DNA from: the human T2T-CHM13v2.0 reference genome, Homo sapiens
Assembly: GCF_009914755.1 (NCBI RefSeq)
Contig: NC_060926.1
Length of the DNA stretch: 64,000 bases
Direction: 5' to 3' (one strand)
Shown here: in pieces, positions 27,735 to 43,463 of the stretch
Layout: every line of letters begins with the position of its first letter
Position numbering within the stretch: the stretch's first letter is position 1
Notes under the pieces: generated by a model
What the model saw: only the letters and a program-made list of their open reading frames with translations
Databases searched by the model: none
Told to the model about the DNA's origin: nothing
Program-made: the position numbers and the translations under genes

Positions 27735-29710
27735 GTTAGTTTATTATAATCATAAGAAGAAGGGAGGCAGAAAGTCCTTGGACATAGTGTAGTGTGAAGG
27801 GAAAGACATGAGTTCTAGAATCACTACCAGGCTCAAAGCCACTCCTCCTTTCTGAATGTGCAACTTTTAACAGCTTCAGGTTTTTTATCAGTCGTATGAA
27901 AATTAATTTTCTGTATCTCCCCAAAGCGTGCAGGTGTGGAAATAAGACCATATACGACTAGTATTTTATCTCGGTGGTTAGTGTGTAATGAGTTGTGCTT
28001 TATCTCAATGGCTAACATGTAACACTCAATAAGTGTTAGTTATCATTACATCCCAGATTAAATAACATATCACCTTGTTCTCAATTATTGCATCCCCTAA
28101 TGCTTGTTAAGTAACTCTAATGTAGGTAGAATAATGCTGCCGGAGGTCAGAAAGAGGGAGTTGGAAGGAGTTATAAGATAGTCCTACCCCTTAAGGAATC
28201 TAAAGTTTAATGAGGGGTCAAGACTAACCCACATAAAACGGAAGATGCAAAATATGATATAAGATGCAGAATGTAATTCAGTGCAAATTTGTCATGTTTG
28301 ATCAAGAAAAGAAAGGAATGAAGTCCGGAGTAATTGAAAGCTACATAGAAATCGATACTACCATTAACTTATGGCATTAAATGACCTGCTTTCACTTTCA
28401 ATTCAACATGTGCAAAGTGAAACTTGCTGCCTTCCGTCAAAATTGGATCCTCTTTCCAACTGTTATTACTCAGGAAGATTATCACCCTTTTTACCCTCCA
28501 ACCTGGAAATTTTGGAGTCCTATTACATCTACCATTTAGTGAGCAATTACTAAGTACAGACGCTGTGATTTGTATGCTGTAAGATGTATATATTTTTCAC
28601 ATTTAACATCTTTGAAATTGAGTATGCTTGACAATCTTTGGCCCCTTATGATCTCCCTACTGGTAGCTGTCTTGATATGGTTGTAATTCTTGTGCAGCAT
28701 GAATTTGGTCATTTCCAGCATCTAAATTTGCATCATCAGGGTCAGTGGATTATAAGCATATGTCAGAGGGAATAGTGGAGCAGTATTTTAAGAGATAACA
28801 CTCTTGATACAGAGGAGGTTATTCTTTGGAAAAACTCAAGTATTAACAATTCTGGGTTGAAAATTTTAAATGTGAAGGAGTTTTAGGAATACCTACACCA
28901 ATTTATTTCACTTATACTTTCCTCTTACATAGACACAGGATGGAAATATAATTAAAAAGCTGTGCCTAAATAAATGTAAAATAGCTCTTTCAACTAGTAT
29001 AAAATAAAAAATCCTCAATGATACAAGTAACATGTCCTAGTTTAATTAACAGGGTATTTTTTTCTTAATGTTACGTAAAATAATGGTATGTCTTCTAAAT
29101 GATGACATCTTAGATACAATGAAATACATACATCTCATATTATGTTATACTTAATCCTCTCGATTTGATTTCCTGCTAAGTCATATTGTCTTCTTTTCGT
29201 TATGTTGCTCAGATGTTTTCTTTATTGTTTATGACCACTACTATCCTCTAAATCCAGGCCCTCATGACTAAATTGCAGCTGAACCTACCTAATTGAGTTT
29301 TATACTTCTAGACTTTTCTTCTTTGCATAAATACCACTAATAATTCCTGACTAATTTTCCTAATACATCATTTATTTATTAACTCACCATTCCACATAAG
29401 GCATTTTATGCAAATGCCATCTTTTGTCATGTCGCTTTCTCCTTAGGAACCTATAGTGGATCCTATTGACTGTCGCTGCAAGACCAAATTCCTCTCCCTG
29501 TTTTTTTTGTGCCTCCCACCACTTGGCACCACCTTTGTTAAGTGACCCTGTCTCTGATTATCCCTTCAGTCAGTTATCTATTATCTCTAACTTATAGTGC
29601 CTGCTCATTTTAGCCTCCAAATCCTTGCTCAAATTGTTTCCTCTAACTGGAATCTTCTCTTTCCTTCGTCTAAATTTTATCCTTTTAAGGACCAATTAAG
29701 ATCTCAATTC

Positions 29711-30062
<352 letters not shown>

Positions 30063-30149
30063 CTATTGAACACTTGAAATACAGCTAGTCTGAATTGACA
30101 CTGTAAAATGTACATCAGATTTTGAAAATATAGTATAAAATAGAATGTA

Positions 30150-30775
<626 letters not shown>

Positions 30776-31847
30776 CATCTTAATACTTTTTATATTGATT
30801 CTATGTTGAAATGATAATTAGGGGTTAAAAAGAATATATTATTAAAAACAATTTCACCTGTTCCTTTTCACTATTTTTAATGTGGCCTCTACAAAATTTA
30901 AAATCAGATATGTGGCTGTTTGTGGCTTGCATTATCTTTCTATTGGACACGCTTCTCTGACCTATACTTACCTGTCTTGAGACATAACTGTAAGCTCATG
31001 AGTTTAAGGGTCAGATTCATCTAATTTTTTAAATCTCTAAATCACCTAACATTATGCTAAAGAATTTTATGGTCAACTTCAGAAGACTTAATTCATGAAA
31101 TTTCTAGCTGTATTTATCTCTCTGTCCATCATGATTGAATAATGCCTTATTTTGTGTGTAAAAATTAAAATCGTAAGGGCTAACCTTCCAGATAGATTGT
31201 TGAGGGTCTTTATACTTTAGTAAAGAATTTCACCTATAATGCCTATGGAAAAATATCTCACATCACCTGGGCAGAATTACATTTATCAGCTAAATGTAAT
31301 TAAAATAAGCTACCTGGTAACAGAACTGCTGAATGTGTACTTATAAATCAGAATAAAGGTCATTGTGTCCGATTAGAAAAGTGTATTGCATCTCTCCACT
31401 GATGAATGAAGGAAAAGTTAACCTTGTACTTCTGTTCTCATGTTCTGGCTTCAATCTGATTAGGTACTACTAACCTGGTGCTTCTATTTTAGCCTCATGC
31501 TTCTATTCAGTTCACCTCTGTATGATGAATTCTTGATGTGTAACTCTCCTATAGATACTGGGTATGGAGATGAAAAAGAAAATAATTAAGAATAAAATGA
31601 AATAAAATATATGAAATTACTTTGCCTGATGCTTGAAATGACACAGGTGATCCCTAGAAATCTGTTTCTATTCTCCCTGAGATGAAGTCAAAATCCCTTG
31701 GCCCATAATATCATAATTAACTATAGTGAAAAAAAGCCCATATATGGAACCATGTTGTAATATGGTAGCTAATTCTAGATGATATAGCTACAGGGGAAAA
31801 CAAAAAACAAAAAACAAAACCTAATCTGCTATCTCTGCCTCCAAAAG

Positions 31848-31987
31848 GGACTCCAGGTGGTTTGTGAAACATTCCAGTCTGATTCCATCTCACCCAAGGC
31901 CACCATTTCAGGCTGTCACCGAGGAAACTCCTTTGATGGAAGTCTGTCCTCCCAAACTTCCCAGGAAAGAGGCCCATCACATTCCAG
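31848..31987 (+). CDS. UNC80: UNC80 coding exon 7 (140 nt)
   Basis: ccaaaag|GGA acceptor (an in-frame alternative cag| lies 9 nt downstream), CCAG|gtacct donor; GLQVVCETFQSDSISPK...GPSHS(R). Confidence 0.9.
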
Positions 31988-32701
31988 GTACCTGATTGCA
32001 ATGTTAGGGACAAAATGTGTCACTGGTCACCAAAAATCAAATATGCATTTTTAACTACTTCGATAGCCTCTGTTCCTTAAAATATGTATTTGCATAATAT
32101 GTGTATACATATTCTTGGTCAAAGTATAATTAATAATTGTAGAAATATGCTATGAATGGCTCTCCTTTAAACAAACTAGGGCGAAAGTGGAAAAGATGCT
32201 TCTGATTTAATGAGATGTCTGAATTAGGTGTTACTTAAAATGTTTAAGTGCAGAACTCAAATGATGCTATCAGAAGATTATGTTGCAGAGATGTTAAAGG
32301 ATCTGTTTTAATATATAAGAATATTTTATACCGCTAGATCCTTGTATTAAAATTAGTGCTTCTAAATCACATAGGAATTTAAAAGTCTATTCTTTGTAAA
32401 TATTCTAACCCTACCCTTGTTATTTGGTGTACATAGTGAATTTGCTTATAAACACCTTCTCCAGAAACAAGAAATAGTCTATTTCTTCTTATTACCAGTT
32501 GAAATTATGGACACCTGGAGTCATGAGGTTTGACACTCCACCTATGGGGCAAGAGCTCCTGAGACTATCTGTATATCCCTACTTTCAAATAAAATTATAG
32601 CCTAGTAATACATAGTATTTTAAAAGGGAACATTTTTAAGACTAGTTTTATTGAGGTGTAACTTACATACTATAAAATTAACCTATTTTAAGTTTACAGT
32701 T

Positions 32702-34991
32702 TTGTATGGTTTGGCTGTGCCCCACTAAATCTCAACTTGAATTGTATCTCCCAGAATTCCCACGTGTTGTGGGAGGGACCCAGGGGGAGGTAATTGAATC
32801 ATGGGGGCCAGTCTTTCCCATGCTATTCTCGATAGTGAGTAAATCTCATGAGATCTGATGGGTTTATCAGGGGTTTCCACTTTTGTCTCTTCTTCATTTT
32901 TCTCTTGCCACCACCATATAAGAAGCACCTTTCACTTCCCACCATGATTCTGAGGCCTTCTCAGCCATGTGGAACTGTAACTCCAATTAAACTTACTTAT
33001 GTTCCCAGTTTGGGGTATTTATCAGCAGCAAGAAAATGAACTAATATAGTAAATTGGTACCAGTAGAGTGGGGCATTGCTGAAAAGATACCCAAAAGTGT
33101 GGAAGCAACTTTGGAACTGGGTAACAGGCAGAGATTGGAACAGTTTGAAGAGCTCAGAAGAAGACAGGGAAGTGTGGAAAAGTTTGGAACTTTACCTAGA
33201 GACTTGTTGAATGGCTTTGCCCAAAATGCTGATAGCGACATAGACAATAAAACCAGGCTGAGGTGGTCTCAGATGGAGATGAGGAACTTGTAGGGAACTG
33301 GAGCAAAGGTGACTCTTGTTATGTTTTAGCAAAGAGACTGGTGGCATTTTGCCCCTGTCCTAGAGATTTGTGGAACTTTGAACTTGAGAGAGATGATTTA
33401 GGTTACCTGGCGGAAGAAATTTCTAAACAGCAAAGCATTCAAGAGGTGACTTGGGTACTGTTAAAGGCATTCAGTTTTAAAAGGGAAACAGAGCATAAAA
33501 GTTCAGAAAATTTGCAGCCTGACTATGCAACAGAAAAGAAAAACCAATTTTCTGGGGAGAAATTCAAGCCAACTGCAGAAATTTGCATAAGTAAGGAGCA
33601 AGGAGCCTAATGTTAATCCCCAAGACCATGGGGAAAATGTCTCCAAGCCATGTCAGAGACCTTCACAGCAGCCCCTCCCATCACAGGCCCAGAGGCCCAG
33701 GAGGAAAAAGCAGTTTCGTGGGCTGGGCCCAGGGTCCTCATGCTGTGTGCAGCCGAGGGACTTGGTGCCGTGGGTCCCAACTGCTCCAACTGTGGCTGAA
33801 AGGGGCCAATGTACAGCTCAGGATGTGACTTCAGAGGGTGGAAGCCCCAAGTCTCAGTAGCTTCCATGTGGTGTTGAGCCTGCAGGTGCACAGAAGTCAA
33901 GAATTGAGGTTTGGGAACCTCCGCCTATATTTCAGAAGATATATGGAAACTCCTGGATGCCCAGGCAAAAGTTTGCTGCAGGTGCAGGGCCCTCATGGAG
34001 AACCTCTGCTAGGGCAGTGCAGAAGGGAAATGTGGGGTTAGAGGCCCCACACAGAGTCCCTAATGGAGTGCTGCCAGGTGGAGCTGTGAGAAGAGGGCCA
34101 CTGTCCTCCAGACCCCAGAATGGTAGTTCCACTGACAGCTTGGATCATGCACCTGGAAAAGCCGCAGACACTCAACACCAGCCTGTGAAAGCAGCCGAGA
34201 GGGAGGCTGTACCCTCCAAAGCCACAGGGTGGAGCTGCCCAAGACCATGGGAACCCACCTCTTGCATCAGTGTAACCTGGATGTGAGGCCTGGAGTTAAA
34301 GAAGATCATTTTGGAGCTTTAAAGTTTGACTGTCCTGCTGGACTTTGGACTTGCATGCCCCCTGTAGCCCCTTTGTTTTGGCCAATTTCTCCCATTTGAA
34401 ACGGCTGTGTTTACCCAATACCTGTACCCCCATTGTATCTAGGAAGTAACTAACTTGCTTTTGATTTTACAGGCTCATAAGCGCAGGGACTTGCCTTGTC
34501 TCAGATGAGACTTTGGACTGTGGACTTTTGGGTTAATGCTGAAATGAGTTAAGACTCTGGGAGACTATTGGGAAGGCATGGTAGGTTTTGAAATGTGAGG
34601 ATATGAGACTTGGAGGCGCAAGGGGTGGAATGATATGGTTTGGCTGTGTCCCCACTAAATCTCAGCTTGAATGTTATCTCCCAGAATTCTCATGTATTGT
34701 GGGAGGGACCCATGGGGAGATTATAAAATCATGGGGGCCAGTCTTTCCTGTACTATTCTCATGATAAGTCTCAGTGAATAAGTCTCACGAGATCTGATGG
34801 GTTTATCAGGGGTTTCTTCTTTTGCTGCTTCTTCATTTTTCTCTTGCTGCCACCATGTAAGAAGTGCCTTTCACATCCTGCCATGATTCTGAGGCCTCCC
34901 CAGCCATGTGGAACTGTAAGTCCAATTAAACCTGTTTATATTCCCAGTTTCAGGTATTTCTTTATCAACAGCGTGAAAACGAACTAATACA
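32702..34991 (+). mobile_element. Full-length THE1A MaLR provirus (5' LTR 32702-33048, internal region, 3' LTR 34631-34991) inserted in an L1M fragment
   Basis: Two homologous LTRs of about 350 bp, polypurine tract aaggggtggaa before the 3' LTR, 5-bp TSD cagtt at 32697-32701 and 34992-34996. Confidence 0.92.
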
Positions 34992-36724
34992 CAGTTTAAT
35001 GATTTTTAGTAAATTTACAGAATTGTGCAACTACCACTACAATCCAATTTAAGAACATTTTCATCACCCGAAAATGTCCCTTGTGCCCATCCCTTGTGTC
35101 ACTCCCATTCCCACACCCAGCCCCAGATAACCACTAATATACTTTTTATTTCTATTGGGTTGCATTTCTAGACATTTCATATAAATGAATTCATACAGTC
35201 TGTGGCCTTTTGAATCTGGCTTCTTTCACTTAGCATAATGTTTTTGAGATTTATCCACATTATAGCATGTATTAGTAATTCATTCCTTTGTATTGTTAAA
35301 CAATATTCTTTTTTTTCCTTTATTTCTTCTAAAGAAACAAACAAACAAAAAAAATGAGACACGTGCAGAACATGCAGGTTTGTTACATAGGTATATGAGT
35401 GCCATGATGGTTTGCTGCACCTATTGACCTGTCCCCTAAGTTCCCTCACCTCACCCCCAACCCCACCACAGGCCCTGGTGTGTGTTGTTCCTCCTCTGTA
35501 TCCATGTGTTCTCAATGTTCAACTCCCACTTATGAGTGAGAACATGTGGTGTTTGGTTTTCTGTTCCTGTGTTAGTTTGCTGAGGATGATGGCTTCCAGC
35601 TTCATCCATGTCCCTGCAAAGCACACGATCTCTTTCCTTTCTGTGGTTGCATACTATTCCATGGTATATATGTACCACATTTTCTTTATCCAGTCTATCA
35701 TTGATGGGTGTTTGGGTTGGTTCCGTGTCTTTGCTATTGTAAATAGTGCTGCAATAAACATATGTGTGCATGTGTCTTTATGTTCCTCTGGGTATATACC
35801 CAGTAATAGGATTGCTTGGTCAAATGGTATTTCTGGTTTCTAGATCTTTGAGGAATCGACATGCTATCTTCCACAACGGTTGAACTAATTTACATTCCCA
35901 CCAACAGTGTAAAAGCATTCCTATTTCTCCACAGCCTCACCAGCATCTATTGTTTACTGATTTTTTGAAAATCGCCATTCTGACTGGCATGAGATGGTAT
36001 CTCATTGTGGTTTTTATTTGCATTTCTTTGATGATCAGTGATGTTGAGCTTTTTTTCATATGTTTGTCAGCTGTGTAAATGTCTTCTTTTGAGAAATGAC
36101 TGTTCATATCCTTTGCCCACTTTTTGATGGACTTGTCTGTTTTTTTCTTGTAAATATGTTTAACTTCCTTGTAAATTCTGGATATTAGACTTTTGTCAGA
36201 TGGGTAGATTGGAAAAATTTTCTCCCATTCTGTAGGCTGCCTGTTCACTCTGATGATAGTTTCTTTTGCTATGCAGAAGCCCTTTAGTTTAATTAAATCC
36301 CATTTGTCAATTGTGGCTTCTGTTGCAATTGCTTTTTGCATTTTAGTCATGAAGTCTTTGCCCATGCATGTGTCCTGAATGCTACTGCCTAGGTTTTCTT
36401 CTAGGGTTCTTATGGTTTTGGGTTTTACATTTAAGTCTTTAATCCATCTGGAGTTAATTTTTGTATAAGGTATAAGAAAGGAGTCCAGTTTCAGTTTTCT
36501 ACCTATGGCTAGCCAGTTTTGCCAGCACCATTTACTGAATAGGAGATCTTTTCCCCATTGCTTGTTTTTGTCAGGTTTGTCAAAGATCAGATGGTTGTAG
36601 ATGTGTGATGTTATTTCTGAGGTCTCTGTTCTGTTTCACTGCTCTATATGTCTGTTTTGGTACCAATACCATGCTGTTTTGGTTACTGTAGCCTTGTAGT
36701 ATAGTTTGAAGTCAGATAGTGTGA

Positions 36725-37112
<388 letters not shown>

Positions 37113-39489
37113 TATGGGTCTCCTTTGATAGTTCTTTGATACCATATACAATTTAAAATAAATTTTAAATTTAATTTATTTTAAATTCATTATTTTAAAA
37201 AAATAAAATAAGTGTTTTTTTTTTTCTAATTCTGTGAAGAATGTCAATGGTAGTTTGATGGGAATAGCATTTAATCTATAAATTACTTTGGGCAGTGTGG
37301 CCATTTTCACAATATTGATTCTTCCTATTCAGGAAGATGGAATGTTTTTCCATTTGTTTGTGTCCTCTTATTTCCCTGAGCAGTGGTTTGTAGTTCTCCT
37401 TGAAAAGGTCCTTCATATCCCTTGTTAGCTGTATTTCTAGGTATTGTATTATCTTTGTAGCAATTGTGAATGGGAGTTCATTCATGATTTGGCTCGCTGC
37501 TTACCTATTGTTGGTGTAAAGGAATGCTTGTGATTTTTGCACATTGATTTTGTATACTGAGACTGCTGAAGTTGCTTAGCAGTTCAAGAAGTTTTTGGGC
37601 TGAGATGATGGGGTTTTCTATATAAAAATTATGTTGTCTGGACACTTGAGACAACTTGAGTTCCTCTCTTCCTATTTTAATACCCTTTATTCCTTTCTCT
37701 TGCCTTATTGCCCTGGCCATAACTTCCAATACTGTGTTGAATAGGAGTGGTAAGAGAGGGCATCCTTATCTTGTACCAGTTTTCAAAGGGAATGCTTCCA
37801 GCTTTTGCCCATTCAATAGGATATTGGCTATGGTTTGTCATAAACAGCTCTTATTATTTTGAGATATGTTCCATCATTACCTAGGTATTGAGAATTTTTA
37901 ACATGAAGGGATGTTGGGTTTTATCAAAGGTCTTTTCTGTGTCTATTGAGATAATCATGTGCCTTTTGTCTTTCGTTCTGTTTATGTGATGAATTACGTT
38001 TATTGATTTGCATATGTTGAACCAACCTTGCTTCCCAGTGATGAAGCCAACTTGGTCATGGTGGACATCTTTTTTGATGTGCTGCTGCATTTGGTTTGCC
38101 AGTATTTTATTGAGGATTTTTGCATCAATGTTCATCAGAGATATTAGCCTGAAATTTTTTTTGTTGTGTCTCTTCCTGGTGTTGGTATCAGGATGATGCT
38201 GGCTTCATAAATGAGTTAGGGAGGAATCCCTCCTTTTTAATTGTTTGGAATAGTTTCAGAAGGAATGGTACCAGCTCTTCTTTGTATTTCTGGCAGCTGT
38301 GAATCCATCTGGTCCTGGGCTTTTTTTGGTTGGTAGGCTATTAATTACTGCATCAATTTCAGAGCTTGCTATTGGGCTATTCGGGGATTCAAATTCTTCC
38401 TGGTTTAGTCTTGGTAGGGTGTATGCATCCAGGAATTTATCCCTTTCTTCTAGATTTTCTAATTTATTTGCATAGAGGTGTTTATAGTATTCTCTGATGG
38501 TAGTTTGCATTTCTGTGGGGTCATTGGTGATATCCCCTTTATCATTTTTTACTGTGTCTATTTGATTCTTCTCTCTCTTCTTTATTAGTCTAGCTAGTGG
38601 TCTATTTGTTTTGTTATTTAAAAAAAAAAAACAGCTCCTGGATTTGTTGATTTTTTGTAAGGTTTTTCATGTCCCTATCTTCTTCAGTTCTTCCCTGATC
38701 TTAGTTATTTCTTGTCTTCTGCTAGCTTTTGGATTAGTTTATTCTTGCCTTTCTAGCTCTTTTAATTGTGATGTTAGCAGGTCAATTTTAGATCTTTTTA
38801 GCTTTCTGATATGGACATTTAGTGCTATAAATCTCCCTCTAAACACTGCTTTAGCTGTGTCCCAAAGATTCTGGTACGTTGTCTCTTTGTTCTCATTGGT
38901 TTCAAATAACTTCTTGATTTCTGCCTTAATTTCATTATTTACCCAGGAGTCATTCAGGAGCAAGTTGTTCAATTTTCATGAAATCATGTGGTTTTGAGTT
39001 TCTTAATCCCAATTTCTAATTTGATTACACTGTGGTCTGTGAGACTGTTTGTTATGATTTCAGTTCTATTGCATTTGCTGAGGAGTGTTCTACTTCCAAT
39101 TATGTAGTCGATTTTAGAATAAGTGCCAAGTGACACTGAGAAGAATGAATATTCTGTTGACTTGGGGTAGAGAGTTCTGTAAACGTCTACTAAGTCTGCT
39201 TGATCTAGAGCTTAGTTCAAGCCCTGAATATCCTTGTTAATTTTCTGTCTCATTGATCTGTGTAATACTGACATTGGGGTGTTAAAGTCTCCCACTATTA
39301 CTGTTTGGGAGTCTAAGTCTCTTTTTAGGTCTCTAAGAACTTGTTTTATGAATCTGGGTGCTCCTGTATTGGGTACATATATATTTAAAATAGCTCTTCC
39401 TATTGAATTGTTCCCTTCACCATTATGTAATGCCTTTCTTTGCCTTTTTTGATCTTTGCTGGTTTAAAGTCTGTTTTGTCAGAGACTAG

Positions 39490-39805
<316 letters not shown>

Positions 39806-40214
39806 AACCCCTGCTTTTTTTTTTTTTTTTTTGCTTTTTATCTGACTTACCTTTTCATTTGATAATTTTTAAATGATCTACCTCCAACTGGCACTAGAAT
39901 CAGGCTACATGGGTGCATTGTTTTTGAAAGATTTCTTAGAATTGTTTAAAGCACAGTCATATTAATACAATTTTTTAACCAAAATACTACTATCTTGCGC
40001 TTTAAAAAAATAATATGTAAATAATGTATATGTCTTTGTGTCTTTCTTTGGACTTTAAAAGCAAGTGGCCTAGTTGAATAATCTTCTGCTGGTAGAGAAT
40101 ATGAAATTTTGATAGCAATTTTGGTTGTGTAAACAGGGTTGTTTGTATTTATCCACTGATTTACTGTCCCAGGTCAATGGCGATAAGCATTTAAAATTAT
40201 ATAATATACATGGA

Positions 40215-40580
40215 ATCTTAAAAAGTGTTGAACTTGTAGAAGTAGAGTAGAATGGTAGTTATCAGAAGCTGGGAGAGGGGGATGGATGGGGAAAGGGAGA
40301 TGTTGATCAAAGGGTATAAAATTTCAGTTAGATGAGAGGAAGGAGCTTTAGTGATCTGTTGCACAGAGTGGTGACTATAATAAACAATAAAGCATTGTTT
40401 ATTTCAAAATTATTAAAAGAGCAGGTTTTAAATATTTTTACCACAAAAAAAGTATGTGAGATGATGATGAATCTGTAACTTAGTTTGAGTTAATCATGCC
40501 ATAATATGAACATATATTAAAACATCACATTGTACTTCATAAATATATAATATTATCCATCAATTTAAAACAAAAATTTG
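40215..40580 (+). mobile_element. L1MA 3' fragment
   Basis: gaagtagagtagaatggtagttatcagaagctgg...aaacatcacattgtac motifs. Confidence 0.7.
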
Positions 40581-40809
40581 AAAGTTAAAAATTTTAAAAG
40601 TAATATGGAAGGAACTCTGTGAGGATAATCAATCCCATCTCCTATAACTTAGCTAATGTACTAACAACTTTAAGCAATGATCAATTTAGTGCTCCCTCTT
40701 GAAGTTTGTTTTAGTTTTAGGTAGCTCTGTTTAGTGGAATGTCCTTCTTATACATCATCAAAATTTGTTTTTCTGTAGTTTCTGTCTATGGTTCTTGCAT
40801 TTTTTTTAA

Positions 40810-41405
40810 CTTCTCTGTAACACACATTTATTATCTTTCGATTTTAGGGGAAAACCCAGGCACAAGTTAGTTGAGTTCTCTGCTTCAGGGTCTTACCAAG
40901 CTGAAATCTAGGTGTTGGCATGGACTGCAGTTGCCTCACAGGCTTAACTGGGGAAATATCCAGTTACAGTTTCTCTCAGGTTGTTGACAGAATTCATTTC
41001 CTTGCAGTTCTAGGACTAAGGTCCTTGTTTTCTTGCTGGATATTGGCTGGTGACTGGTCTTAGTTTCTGAAGCCTGCCCACAGTTATTTTCCACATGGCC
41101 CTCTTCATAAGCTACCTCAAAATATGGTAGCTGATTTGTTCAAAACCAGCAAGGGAGAGAAATCCTCTCTAATTCCAGTCTGCTAATACAGTGTTTACAA
41201 TGTGACATAACCACAGGAGTGATGTCTCATTACCTTTGTCATATAAGGTAACCTAATTATGGGAGTGACATCCCTTTACCTTTTCCATATTTTATTGGTC
41301 ATAAATACATCACAGTTCCTGCCTGCACTCAAGAGAAGATGATAAAGGGTGTGAACACCATCAGATGGGAATCAAGGGCGTTTCTCCTAAAATCTGGCTA
41401 CACAG
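40810..41405 (-). mobile_element. MLT1/MER21-type LTR (antisense)
   Basis: caagctgaaatctaggtgttggca...ttgttgacagaattcatttccttgcagtt motifs. Boundaries and subfamily uncertain. Confidence 0.55.
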
Positions 41406-41856
41406 TTCTTTTGAAGATGTACAAACTCTTCCTATATTAGCCTTCCACTGACTCAAAAGTAACCATTATGACCACCAGCACCTCCACAAGGGTTTCATTT
41501 TATTTGATGACAACAAAGTTATCAATGACATAATTAAATCAGATTTGGGGAAAGGTAGTTACTTAGGACACAGACTAAGAGAATAACAATAAGAACTACC
41601 TTTTTGGATATCTATGTGTACAAAATTGTACTAGAGTCTCTACATTTATTGTATTATTTAAATATTCATATATTCATTTATTTCTATGTCAGTATATGCC
41701 ACCATTATTGGCCTAGATATTCTAGTCAAAAATATGAGGTTCACTCCACATCAAGTCCTTTACATTCTGCCTTCTTAACGTCTGTCAAATCTTTTTTCTC
41801 CAACCTCATAGTCACTGGCTTGGTTCATATCCTTATCATTTCTTACTTGGATTTCT

Positions 41857-42162
41857 TTTTTTAATTTAATTTTTTAGAGACAGGGTCTCACTCTGCCACT
41901 GAGACTGGAGTGCAGTGGCATGATGACAGCTCACTGTAACCTCAGACTCCTAGGCTTAAGCAATTCTTCTGCCACAGCCTCCCAAGTGGATAAGAATACA
42001 ATGTGCACCATCAAGTCCCACTATTTTTAAAAACATTTTTTTTGTAGAGACGTGGTCTTGCTATGTTGCCCAGGCTGGTCTTGAACCCCTGGCCTCAAGT
42101 GATCCTCCTGCCTCAGCCTTTCACAGTGCTGGGATTACAGGTGTGAGCTGCCATTCCCAGCC
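41857..42162 (-). mobile_element. AluJ (antisense)
   Basis: Diverged dimer with ctcaagtgatcctcctgcc. Confidence 0.9.
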
Positions 42163-42877
42163 TTTATTTAGATTTCTGCAACTGCTTCCAAACAAGTATT
42201 TCTACATTAATCATTACTTCCTACTCATCTATTACCTATGAGATGTTACCAAAGTGATTTAAAATACCTGTGGACTAAAGAGATATGGTTATCTGCACCA
42301 AACACGCCCAACATACAGTGGTAAAATAGGCATAGGATACCTGCTCTGGACATGTATAATCAAAGAGAGAAAATGAGAGGCACTCGTCCTTATTAGTTTT
42401 GAAATTAAGGTGGAAAAATATTGGAAGGTCCTTGATTAAAACTCAGTGCTATTCCTGCCCATGGTTCTTGGCTCCACCCTCTGGGCTATTAATTCTATCC
42501 TCCAAATCAGCTTTCCTTTTTCAAAAAAGATTGCATGTGTTTACAGCTGAGTAGTTTCCTCAGCTTGCTTCCTGCCAGTAAAGTTTTGGGAGTCTAATAG
42601 CCTCTTTTTTCCTCTTGTACTGTCTCTGGAAGTGTTTTTGCTGATATAATTATTTTTAAAACTTTGTGGGTTCACTGTGAATCTTTTTAGGGTCCACTAG
42701 AATGGAAAAAATCCACATCTACAAATCTCTGAGATAATCTCATTTCTATTTTGTGCTTCTGTTGAACCTCTAAGAAACTTAAGTGCCCTTAAGTTTCTTA
42801 GAAGTTATATATATATATATGTAAAAAAGTTATAAATATTTGGATTTGAATCACACTCTCAACATTTAATTTAGAGA

Positions 42878-42961
42878 GTTTTTTTTTTTTTTGAGACAAA
42901 GTCTCGCTCTGTCACCCAGGCTGGAGTGTAGTGGCGCAATCTCGGCTCACTGCAAGCTCCG
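42878..42961 (-). mobile_element. Short Alu 3' fragment (AluY-like)
   Basis: T-tail plus about 70 nt ending at ctgcaagctccg. Confidence 0.85.
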
Positions 42962-43463
42962 AAAGGGCCTTTTATCTAATGGAACGGTATTCTTGGGTAT
43001 GGCCTGAGATCATTCTGAAGTCAACAAATGACTGTGCAACTCCCACCCTTGGCTTCATCTTTAGACCACATTTTTCCAAAAGTTCTTTATATTTGATGTA
43101 TTATCAGAAGCCATTTCTTAATTTTAGCATTATTTCCCATCTGGAGAAGCTGAGATTTTTCAAAATCAAGTTCCAGCTCATTAGTCTTTAACAGTTCTTC
43201 CTTTAGTTCATAACTTTTCTCCCTCAACTTACTATAAGAGCAAGAAGAAATTAGAAGGCACCTTCAACATTTTATTTGGAAGTCTCCTTTGTTAGATCAC
43301 CCAGTTTGTTAGGCACTTATTTTTTAACTTTCCACATCACAGCTAAGCAACTTTCTGTTACTACATAACAAGGATTCTCCTTCTCCAGTTCCCAATAGTA
43401 CACTCCTTACTTCTTGTTAAGAAACAATTTTCAAAATTAGGGTTTTATCTTGGTTCCAAAATC

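Noticed and set aside
33041-34286. Several 60-115 aa ORFs
   Set aside because: Fragments of the THE1 internal region; no intact gene.
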